Of a DNA stretch of 64,000 bases, positions 54,088-64,000 are shown one piece after another. Within the stretch, counting starts at the first letter, position 1; the number at the start of each line of letters is the position of its first letter. Under the pieces are notes generated by a model that saw nothing but the letters and a program-made list of their open reading frames with translations, searched no databases and was not told the DNA's origin. The DNA is taken from the NCBI GenBank assembly GCA_044892525.1, contig CM097885.1, positions 74,586,001 to 74,650,000 of the forward strand, given 5' to 3'. Origin of the DNA: Schmidtea polychroa (Eukaryota). The translations under genes and the position numbers were made by a program.

Positions 54088-56862
54088 GTGCAACTAAAAT
54101 TTGGGAATCGATGTCTGGAAGACGAGGAATACTTGGTAGATTGCGGTCTGATACCAGGCTGGAAAAATAAAGTAAATGTTGTTAATGCTGTTAATACTTT
54201 GAATTCAGACAGACAAAATTGGGAAAAGATTCTAGCAGATTTACAAGATACCCTGTATGCAGGGAACAGAGATAAAATTAATGCGAGTATCGACTTCATA
54301 ATGAGCATCGAAATGGATCGAGACATGAAGGAAGGGTTGTTTGAATGCATCGTACCGTATACGAATAAACCGACAAGTTATCAGGCAAAGTTAAAAGAGG
54401 TAATTCGAAAACTAGGACATGATTATGAGGCGGCAGACGATAGTGCGAAGTCTTTGATAATAGCGTTAAATATTGCGGATCAAAGGATTGAATATTATCA
54501 GGAACATTGGAGTGTAAAAGCAAAGAAAATACGACAAAAAGCAGCGGAGATATTAGGTAATGAAGGAATTATCGTGTTGACGTTTAAAGGACGAGAATTG
54601 GATGATGACGAATATTTGTTAAACTACGGATGTAACCCAAATTGTATTAATAATGTGTACGCAACAAAACAAAGTGATGAAATGGAAAAAGATGCAGTAA
54701 TAGTACCGTTTTGGCCTCTGTATGAGGAAATAGATAATGATAATGTGGAGATTAAAACTGAAGTTGTAGATGACCCAGGAGAAATTGATCAAGAAATTAA
54801 TGAATTGCAGAGATTAGAAACAATGGAAAATGAGGAAATGAGATCGGAATATGAAGTTACAAGGGATGTTGAGGAAATGAGCACCGATAATAGGGTACTA
54901 CCGAGCATAGATGAGATGAAAAGTGAAGAGAACTTTGTTGAAACGAAAAATGACATTGCGATATGTGGGAAAAAACAGAATGATGCGGAAATTGAATCTT
55001 TGAGTTTAGATGAATCAAGTGAAACTGAGCGTTTAGATGAATCAAGCAAGACTGAGCGAATATTAAAAAGTTTAGTTACGGAATTGTACTTGTTAGATGA
55101 AACTGAAACAGAAGATGATACTTCAGAGGGGGAGAAAAGAGTTGTAAAAAGATTGGCAACGGAATTAAAAAGGAGATTACCGTCGATAATTAAAAGAAAT
55201 TTTGAAGAAAAGGAATTTTGTGAGGAAGCAGTAATTGAGGACCTAACACGAACCGAGTTGGATCGAGATGTAATATTGACAGTGCTAGCCTATATAATAT
55301 TGGAGATTGGTATTTATGGTTGTCTGGAAAGTGACAATTCAAAATCATTGATAAAGAAAGCTACTGAAATGACGAATAAATATTTGATGAAGTGGATCGC
55401 AAACAATGGCGGATGGGAAAAGTTAATACAAAAGGCTGAGAGCCCAAAAACAGAGACAGTGAGGAAAAAGGGAAAACTCGCATATCCATGGTTGATGATT
55501 TCGATTATTATGTTATTGGGAATAATAAACTCGACGAATTCGTTGGTGGCATACGACTGCTCCCAAACCGAAATGGGAAGAGTATATTCGTTGGTAAACG
55601 TAGCAGAGTGTTCGGATGCATATCCAGTAAAATTTAAAGTGACAAATCCAGTAAAATATCATGTATATCAAGAATCGGGGTTTAGACGAGCAAAGGTGAG
55701 AGAGTGTACAGTGAAACGAACTACTTTTGTATTTTATTGTGGAAAATGGAGCCGCTCATCGATGGTGAAAATGCAATCGATACCTAGACCGATAGAAATA
55801 ATTCCAGAGAATTGTTTGGCAGCCTTTCAAACAGGACAGTTGAAAATCAATGCAGATATCAAACTACAAGCAAAGCTTAACCACAAAATCCGTGAGACTG
55901 TAACCGTGCGAGGGATAATAAAGTCGAATGGTGACTGCCAAGGAGAGCCCTGCAAAGTAGACGATGCTATAATTGACAAAGCCGTGGTTGTGGAAGAGTA
56001 CATGTCAGAATTAAGAGAATTTGATGGATCATTTGATGATGATACTGGTAAACTACAAACACATCCATTCTGCAATATGAAACAATTTAGCTGTCAGACA
56101 GGAGAATCAATCTTGGTGTACGATGTCGATACCAAAAAGTGCAATTTAGTGCAATTGAAGTCAATGAGTTTTAGAGAAATAACGGGAGAACAGATTAGGG
56201 AAAAGCCTGAGAAAATAAGAATGGATCCAGCAACGAGTACAACAACAAGAATCACACCTCTACGGATGAAAGATACTCCAACAGTGTTAATGTCAACCTC
56301 GGAGGAAGATGGGATGCGATTCCTGAGAAAAGAAACTAAAACAAAGTGTGGACAAAGTGTCTATGAGACAAATTATAAAGGTATATATGTATCTCAGAAG
56401 ATGATTACAGAGGCCCAAACAAACATACATGCCGGAGATATCAAGTTGACAAATTACTTTAATACCAAAATAGATTATTTATTTCACTTTGGTCAAAATA
56501 CTGTTGAAAATGTGTACCGAGAAGTTATTATAAATGATTTCAATCTCAACAAAGAAATACTCCGAAATCGGATGGCAATGGCTATAACCAATCCTAATTT
56601 AGTAGCACCGATGTTAATTACAGAAAATGGGGTGTTTGCCAGAATATTCGGTGAAGCACTATATAGCTATAAATGTAAAGCGGTACCAGTTAAACTGACA
56701 AAGTATGACCAATGCACCAACGAGTTACCAGTGAATTTAAATGGAAAGTTGCGATTTATGGAGCCTGTAACACGAATCTTACTGGAAGAGGACGTGAAAC
56801 CGAAAGTATTACAGTGCAATAGATTGTTGGCACCATTATACAGACTAACACCAGAATCTTGA
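54088..56862 (+). CDS. env: Ubl-helical-Ubl, Bcl-2-like domain, signal peptide, chuvirus-like glycoprotein in one open frame, element 3
   Basis: LKFGNRCLEDEEYLVDCGL; LTFKGRELDDDEYLLNYG; KWIANNGGWEKL; WLMISIIMLLGIINSTNS/LVAYDC. Confidence 0.8.
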   Translation: MQLKFGNRCLEDEEYLVDCGLIPGWKNKVNVVNAVNTLNSDRQNWEKILADLQDTLYAGNRDKINASIDFIMSIEMDRDMKEGLFECIVPYTNKPTSYQAKLKEVIRKLGHDYEAADDSAKSLIIALNIADQRIEYYQEHWSVKAKKIRQKAAEILGNEGIIVLTFKGRELDDDEYLLNYGCNPNCINNVYATKQSDEMEKDAVIVPFWPLYEEIDNDNVEIKTEVVDDPGEIDQEINELQRLETMENEEMRSEYEVTRDVEEMSTDNRVLPSIDEMKSEENFVETKNDIAICGKKQNDAEIESLSLDESSETERLDESSKTERILKSLVTELYLLDETETEDDTSEGEKRVVKRLATELKRRLPSIIKRNFEEKEFCEEAVIEDLTRTELDRDVILTVLAYIILEIGIYGCLESDNSKSLIKKATEMTNKYLMKWIANNGGWEKLIQKAESPKTETVRKKGKLAYPWLMISIIMLLGIINSTNSLVAYDCSQTEMGRVYSLVNVAECSDAYPVKFKVTNPVKYHVYQESGFRRAKVRECTVKRTTFVFYCGKWSRSSMVKMQSIPRPIEIIPENCLAAFQTGQLKINADIKLQAKLNHKIRETVTVRGIIKSNGDCQGEPCKVDDAIIDKAVVVEEYMSELREFDGSFDDDTGKLQTHPFCNMKQFSCQTGESILVYDVDTKKCNLVQLKSMSFREITGEQIREKPEKIRMDPATSTTTRITPLRMKDTPTVLMSTSEEDGMRFLRKETKTKCGQSVYETNYKGIYVSQKMITEAQTNIHAGDIKLTNYFNTKIDYLFHFGQNTVENVYREVIINDFNLNKEILRNRMAMAITNPNLVAPMLITENGVFARIFGEALYSYKCKAVPVKLTKYDQCTNELPVNLNGKLRFMEPVTRILLEEDVKPKVLQCNRLLAPLYRLTPES

Positions 56863-58638
56863 ATTGCATTACCAGATCATCGAGAAGTAAAGACACCGGA
56901 AAACTTAGAATTGACAGAATTACAATATCTGGTAAATTTTACGTCGTTAGAAAAATTGTCGCAAAGTGGAATTTACTCGAACGAAGACATTGAGGAAGCT
57001 CGCAGAAACTTGTTATTTCCATCAAAGAAAGAAAGAGTAATAATGGAAATGGTAGATACAATTCTCCCAAGCGGAAGTGGGAAGGTAAATTACGAGTATT
57101 TGTTAACTCCAGATCATTACAAGAAAGCGACGTATAATACAATGAAAAAGATCTGGGGAAAGTTTATGTTCATTGGACAAGCGTGTGCCGGATTGATTGG
57201 AATTTATGTAATATGTGTTGTAATCAAAGTAATAATATCGCAGGTCCTGTCAACACACAGATTATACGCGATCACAGGTTGGTCGTGGAAACTAGTAATT
57301 GGTTGCATACCATTAGTGGCTAGATTCTTCATTACTCATCATCAATATCAGGAGTTGGAGATACTCAAGGCGCGAATATTAAAGAAGAAAAAGGTGAGCT
57401 ACACTAGTACTACCCCTTCAAGGGACGAGAATAATGACAATGACAACGAGGGTGATAGTGCACCGTTATATGTTGACAATCAAGAACTAAGTGGAATGAA
57501 TAAAGAAGCGTTAAGAACCTATCAAATCTTAAAAGAGCCACTGTTAAATGCGAGTAGCGTAGACACGTTTACAAAATTGTGTATACCAAAATCATTTATG
57601 CAACCAGCACCAGTGTATCCAGTTGATCGATTACGAGAGATGAAACCAGTGGAAAATATCGCATTACAATGTGAAGGAATGGTAGGCGAGAGAATCGAGC
57701 CTTCTAGCGCAGAGATCGAGAAAAAAAATGTGTTAGGCTTACCATGCAACTACTGAATGATGACATTAACAAAAAGAGGAAAGCAACCCCGAATATTTAT
57801 ACAAATGAACAAACATAAAGTGGAAGCTTTAGTCGATTCGGGATCTAGTCACACAATAATATCGGAAAATGTATTAAACGTGAAGGAAAAAATGCGAATA
57901 AAGCCTACCGACGAAAAAGTGAGGTCATTATCAAAAAACGAATTAAACATAATCGGACAACTTAACGTTATATTCCATATTGGAGATCGAATAATAGCGC
58001 ACGATGCGCTCATAATGAAGGGAAGTCCAGTACCATGTCTGATCGGCATGGATATATTAGAGCAGCTGGACGGAGTCTCACTTGATTTAAAGACAGGTAA
58101 TTTGATAGCAGGAGAAACAGGAGAAATAATTCACAGGGCAGGTGAAGTGTTTGTGAATCAGACATTGACAATACCACCACAATCGGAGATGGTATATTGT
58201 GCAAATACCATGAGTGTGGATAATGGTGATTTTATATTTGAACCAAATCAAACGCTAGTCGAAAAATATGATTTACCAATATGTGACGAAATTGTCAAAG
58301 TGGAAAATCAGATAGTACCAGTCCATATAACGAATAGCAGTAAGAAACCGGTTCAGTTACACCCAAAAACAAAATTGGGAAAATTATCAAAAATGTCTAT
58401 TGAAACGAATTGTAAAATACCAAGAAACGTCAAACCTGAAGTGGTAAGCAATGATTTAAATGAGATGCAGAAAAAGGAATTCACAAAACTGTTGAGAAAA
58501 TACCGAGATATCTTTGCCAAACACGAATATGATTTAGGTCTAACCAATGTAATTGAGCATGAAATACCGTTACTAGATGAAACTCCAATAAAAATAAAGC
58601 CCATACAGAATACCCTACGTTCATCAAGACGAAAGTGA
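56863..58638 (+). pseudogene. pol: Glycoprotein C-terminus + TM + protease + dUTPase-like relic, element 3 (stop 57754)
   Basis: WGKFMFIGQACAGLIGIYVICVVI TM; LVDSGSS. Confidence 0.85.
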
Positions 58639-61532
58639 TAGACAGATTACAGCAATGAAGGAATTTGGAATAATTCGAGATAGTGCGTCACCATTCTCCT
58701 CATCAATAGTGATAGTTAAGAAAAAAGATGGAGACTTACGATTTTACGTAGATTTTTCGGAAGCTAAATCAAGTTACGAGGAAAGACACTTATCCAATTC
58801 CAGTACCCCAAGAAATGTTCGATCAAATGGGAGAGGCACGATATTTCACTGTTATTGATTTAAACAAAGGGTACAATCAATTTAGAGTAAAAGAGGAAGA
58901 TAGAGGAAAGACGGCGTTCTCGGATGGTAAAGGACTGTATGAGTTCAATGTGTTACCATTTGGATTAACAGGAGCCCCAGCTACATTTCAACGAGGAATG
59001 AATTATGTGTTACGAGGTATTCGACATGCATTGGTATATATTGACGATATAATAATATTTTCAAATGATTTTGAGGAACATCTGAAAGATGTAGAAACTG
59101 TATTTAAACGGCTCAAAAGTGCAAAATTAAAAATCAAACCATCGAAATGTGAATGGGGCAAAGCAGAAGTGATTTATGTAGGACATATAATATCACGGCG
59201 AGGGTTACAAACTAATCCAGATAACATCAAAAAAGTGGAAGAGTACCCAGTACCAAAAGATGATGATGAGGTTAGACAATTTTTAGGTTTGGCGAGCTAT
59301 TACAGAAAATTTATAAAAGATTTCTCTCATATCGCACAACCATTGAATACGTTACTAAAGAAAAACAATAAATTTATTTGGGGACAAATGCAACAAAACG
59401 CTTTCAATACATTAAAAGAGAAATTAGTGACAACTCCTATATTAAGATGTCCAGATTTTACAAAACAATTTATCTTGATGACGGATGCAAGCAACGTTGC
59501 ATTGGGTGCGGTGTTGGGACAAAAATTTGAAGGTGAAAAGGACCACGTAATAGCCTACGCAAGCAGATCACTGAGGCCTCACGAGAAAAACTACTCAACG
59601 ATTGAAAAGGAAACTTTAGCTTTAGTGTATGGAATTACTACTTTTAGACAATATTTATTGGGCAGAAAATTTACTGTTTATACAGATCATAATCCATTAC
59701 AGTGGTTAATGAAACACAGAGATTCAGCCAGTAAGTTAATACGATGGTCGATTGCCCTCCAAGAATACGACTTTGAGATTAAATATCGGACAGGTAAAGC
59801 TAACGCGAATGCAGATGCAATGTCAAGAATCCCAGAAAATAATAGTGAAGGGACACCTGAAAAATTGGAAGGCACTATATTCGCTGCAATCAAAGCTGTT
59901 AATGATATGTCTGAACTTCAAAATGATCAAGAAAACGATAGTGAATTAAAACAATTTATGGAACAAGCGGTCAAAATAAGAAAAGAACAAGACTGGAAAC
60001 GACTTACAGATGCAAACAGCAAATATGTAATTCATAATGGAATACTTAAATGTTGGAAAAATGGGGAAGCATTAATTATTATACCAGCCAAGCACAGAGA
60101 CGCATTACTGATGCAGTATCATGATGGAGCGTTGGGAGGTCATTTGTCAACGCGCAAGACGCTATCAAGATTAAAATTAAAATACTTTTGGCCAACAATG
60201 GAACAAGACGTGAAAAATTGGTGTAACAGTTGCAAAGTATGCATCACCCGCAGAAATACTGGTAAAAAGATTAAAGTACCATTAAAACCGATGCCAGTAC
60301 CCGCAGCACCGATGGAGATGACGGCAATGGATATTCTGGGACCATTACCGGAAACAACAAAAGGAAACAAATACATTGTTGTTTTTTGTGACTATTTTAC
60401 CAAATGGCCAGAAGCATACGCTATTCCAAACCAAAAAGCAGACACGATTGCTAGAATATTTGTGGAAAACATAATATTTCGCTATGGCACTCCAAAGAAA
60501 TTGTTAACTGATCAAGGAAAGAACTTTCAAAGCGAGATGTTCAAATCAATCACAGACCTATTTGGAATTTGGAAATTGAATACGTCACCATATCATCCAC
60601 AAACTGATGGATTAGTGGAACGATTTAATGGGACACTGATAAATATGATCTCATCATATGTGAACTGAAAACAGAAAGATTGGGACGACTTCATAAAGCC
60701 GTGTCTATTTGCCTACAGAAATGCAGTAAATCAAAGTACAGGAGAGACCCCTTTTTACTTGATGTATTTAAGGAAAAATAATATGCCGATTGATCTCAAA
60801 TTCCAACCACCAATTTCACAATATATGGAGATACCCGATTATAAAACAATGATGCAAGAAAGAATGCAGTCAGTATGGACTAAAGCCGGTTTGACAATAA
60901 AACACAACCAGGAGAAATATAAAGAAACCTACGATAAAAAAGCACATGCGCATGGCATAAAGATTGGAGATCTAGTATATCTTAACAGACCGGAACCTCT
61001 CAAAGGTTTATCGCCTAAATTGCAAAGACCATTTAAAGGACCCTACAAAGTGTGCGACACCACCGAAACCAATTTGAAGTTATTACCATTCAGGAGTAAA
61101 AAGGCTAACCCGATGATTGTGCATGCAAATCGATGTAAACTAGTGCCAGAGGAAGATGAATCTAGATACCCCTTAAGATCCAAGCAGAATAAAGTAACGG
61201 GTCAAACAAAATTGAAACAGAAATTCACGAAAAATCCAACACCAGTCAGCTACATCAATAAGATATTATATGTAGCAATAATGCTGATGTTAGTAACAGT
61301 CGCGAGCGGCAAAAAGATCGACTTACCACATACGGTAAACAAAATCCGAGGAATGGAGAAAATACATATATATTCCACTCTAACAAATATAGTATGGAGC
61401 TGTAAATGCGAGATCGCAGACCAAATAGAAATTATTAATTTACTAGACAACACGGCACCAGTGGTAGAACTGAATTATGATAAAGATATATTTGCGGTAC
61501 GAAAGTTAAAGCCAAATTTCAAATACCAATGA
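58600..61532 (+). pseudogene. pol: RT, RNase H, integrase, then second signal peptide and first FN3 repeat, element 3 (frameshifts ~58600-58800, stop 60666)
   Basis: LPFGLTGAPATFQR, YIDD, TDASNVALG, HDGALGGH..CNSC, MDILGP, TDQG, GLVERFNG, FKGPY; ILYVAIMLMLVTVASG; KLKPNFKY. Confidence 0.9.
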
Positions 61533-62384
61533 CTATTGAGACAGAACATGTCAAAGTGGTACACGCAAATTCCGATAGAAGTGTACACAAAAGAGATGCG
61601 AAACTTGATCGAAATAGAACCAGAGATAAATGGAATCAATATATATTGGAAGCCAGTGGACTTGGTGAAAGTGCGAATCACATTTCAAGGATTAAATGTC
61701 AACACCCTTAACTCGCGAAAATCATTTATCCGCTATGAGAAATTGAAAATGAATCGAAATTATTCAGTTAATGCAAACTACTACGAAAACATATGCCTCG
61801 AAAATGGAACGGTAGTGAGAAACCAATGGTCACGATTTAAGAGTGAGACCCAGTCTATCTATCTCAGAGACGAGTCAAATAGTATAACCCTGAGTGTTGG
61901 AAATGGACCGGTAACGATATATAGAAAATCAGGAAATGATGAAAGAGTTGTTATTATCTACAAACAAAAAACCCTGACTATATTAGATGCCGGTAATCAT
62001 TTTTTTACACTTTACACTTCTGATTTAGAGACGGCATGGGAATTAACAGTTAAATATCAGCGATGGATAACCGAACCAGGCAGATGGCAAACAATTTTCG
62101 TGGAAGTCAAGACAATCAATGAATCGAGACGAAAATCATATACAACCACATCACCTTTCCAATTACCAACCCAAGAGACGACAAAACCTAACTCAAATAA
62201 ACTAATGATGATAAATTCGGATTTGACAGTCAACTATTGTGAATATCTCATTTACATTTTAATAACAGGTTTTCTCAGCTTATCAATAACATTCATAATC
62301 ATTACCATCTTGATATGTGTAAAAGAGAGACAACTAACTATCCTTCAACCACCATCATATTCATATTATGAAACAAGACTATAA
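61533..62384 (+). CDS. FN3-like repeats + TM (C-terminus of polyprotein), element 3
   Basis: INIYWKP...EKLKMNRNYSVNA FN3 pattern; LIYILITGFLSLSITFIIITILICV TM. Confidence 0.65.
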   Translation, partial: LLRQNMSKWYTQIPIEVYTKEMRNLIEIEPEINGINIYWKPVDLVKVRITFQGLNVNTLNSRKSFIRYEKLKMNRNYSVNANYYENICLENGTVVRNQWSRFKSETQSIYLRDESNSITLSVGNGPVTIYRKSGNDERVVIIYKQKTLTILDAGNHFFTLYTSDLETAWELTVKYQRWITEPGRWQTIFVEVKTINESRRKSYTTTSPFQLPTQETTKPNSNKLMMINSDLTVNYCEYLIYILITGFLSLSITFIIITILICVKERQLTILQPPSYSYYETRL

Positions 62385-62569
62385 ATTGTGATCTGCATTC
62401 TATAAATAGTGTATAAAAATTAATTACATTTATATCAACAATGTGCATGTTTTATAAGTACCATAGGATGAACTGTGTAATTTGTTTGATGGGATTTGAA
62501 GCGAGGTGTTGATGCTTTGCGAATAAAGAGTGATACACAAAAAAAATAACTATCATTTAATTTCAGAGA

Positions 62570-62815
62570 ATGCAAGAAGCCTCGGAGATGTCATGCAAAG
62601 AGTGTAAAACAAATACGCAGGAACTAAAGCAAAAGTTTCGTAGCATGCAGGGCAGAATAACAGATTTGGAGGAAGAAAACTTCCGTCTGAAAAGGCGGTT
62701 GGACCGGATGGAAATCTTATTGTTTCAACACGAAGCCGATTTCGCGATGTTTCGAATGAGAGTAGAAGAAATAGAGGAATCGGAAGATGATGGTGAGATA
62801 AATCAATTAGACTAA
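62570..62815 (+). CDS. 3' ORF of element 3: 81-aa coiled-coil protein with acidic tail
   Basis: heptad LKQKFRSMQGRITDLEEENFRLKRRLDRME; ATG 3 nt after TTTCAG acceptor. Confidence 0.55.
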   Translation: MQEASEMSCKECKTNTQELKQKFRSMQGRITDLEEENFRLKRRLDRMEILLFQHEADFAMFRMRVEEIEESEDDGEINQLD

Positions 62816-64000
62816 AAAAATAAATTATTTAAACGGACCCTGTTGGTGTTTTTTCGTCCTCGAGAAAAAAAAATAATAGTAAATAAATATAAGTAAATTA
62901 ACAAATAATCAAATGAATAAACAAATTGATATAAATAAATAATTAGCAAAGCAATAAATTAAATAAATAATAGATAAAAATGAACAAAGTTAAACGAGCA
63001 AATAGAATAACTCAAAATGGCTGATTAGTAATTAATGAATTGGCATAACTATATAGCAATGGGTAACCTATTGGGGCGAGAGAACAAAATTATAAATAAG
63101 TAAGGAATAATTTCACATTAGTAGTAATAAAGACTAATCACGAAGAGGGACACAATTACCCCACCCTTTCTAGCATAAATTAAAAACAAAGGTATGCTGA
63201 ACATTTATTCACAAAGTTCTTCATCATCAGAGTCCAGCAGAACGGGACTTTGGATGCCACAGTCCCATTCCCTGCGTACATTGCAAGGCGGGCGTCTTTC
63301 AAACCTACTGCCTGTATCCCCACAGGCAAAGGTACGTTTCAATCCCTTTCGACGCGGTGGTAAAGGGACCCTGAAAAAGAAATTAAAAAACCTGTTAGTA
63401 TGTCAGTCAAATAATCATTGCATAACATCGAGATGTTCAAACTTAGGTTCTGGGACAGCCTAAAATAGTAAGGGTTGAAAAGAAAAATGAAATAAATACT
63501 ATGTAAAACTCCGTACCATGGCGCCCTCGACAAATAGTTAGTGCAGAGAAGTAATTGATTTTAAGAATTACGTAATAAATTAATGAGTACAAATACGGCC
63601 AAAATTGTCAGAAAAATGCAAGCGCAATCATTAGCAAATACGAGTAGGTTTAATTAGAGGTTTGCTTTTAGTATAAATACAAAATCAAAAATCAAAAATA
63701 TATGACCCAAAACATGAGTGTGGTATAGGTAGTTGCATAAACAAATTAATGAACTAAAATTAAAAAGTAAATAAGTTAATTTAATAAGCATAAATAAGTT
63801 AATTTAATAAGCAACACGAGCACTTGCAATCACCGGGGTTTGGCTACCCTGGACAGCGATTGCAAATGTTCGGTTGCTATGAGGGAACGCATTACTAATA
63901 GTTGAGGACAGCATGGTAAAAAGAATCACAAAAAAACAAAAGACAAGTAATCACTTACGTCCATATTAATTGAGGGATGGCGTTACTAAAATTCAAAAAA

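Larger units (their letters stand above)
51161..64000 (+). mobile_element. Element 3: more divergent, more decayed member of the same env-bearing Gypsy family (3' LTR not reached)
   Basis: LTR + tRNA-Trp PBS, then gag-Ubl-Bcl2-env-PR-RT-RH-IN-FN3-TM in the same order. Confidence 0.93.

Noticed and set aside
40380-61532. Deamination/editing signature among nonsense mutations (CGA>TGA, TGG>TGA, CAA>TAA)
   Set aside because: Too few events, ancestral codons only inferred, and counter-examples exist (GAA>TAA, TGY>TGA); needs a consensus-based mutation spectrum.

Overview
AT-rich eukaryotic (invertebrate) repeat-dense DNA with three N gaps. A planarian-like host is only an inference from base composition, the intronless TRAF copy and the transposon spectrum. 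The window is dominated by three co-oriented (+ strand), mutually divergent, decayed copies of one unusual Ty3/Gypsy LTR-retroelement family: element 1 (<1..14189), element 2 (35334..49617) and element 3 (51161..>64000). LTRs are ~1.05 kb (TGTT...AACA) and the primer-binding site matches tRNA-Trp. Bridging the nonsense and frameshift lesions by cross-alignment gives ONE ~3,500-aa polyprotein: Gag (capsid + 3-4 CCHC knuckles) - 2x[helical domain + ubiquitin-like domain] - Bcl-2-like domain - internal signal peptide - chuvirus-like envelope glycoprotein - TM - protease - RT - RNase H - integrase - second signal peptide - fibronectin-III ectodomain - TM. A separate 3' ORF follows, preceded in all three copies by a splice acceptor; it encodes an apparently catalytically dead ISG20/REXO4-like exonuclease in elements 1 and 2 and a short coiled coil in element 3. 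This enveloped, cargo-laden, virus-like retroelement is the main candidate novel system. Domain calls are by eye from motifs and need HMM or structure confirmation. Between the elements lie decayed DNA transposons (Tc1, pogo/Tigger, hAT incl. a MITE, MULE, Chapaev-like), a Polinton DNA polymerase relic, a second small Gypsy fragment and a disrupted TRAF-like host gene.
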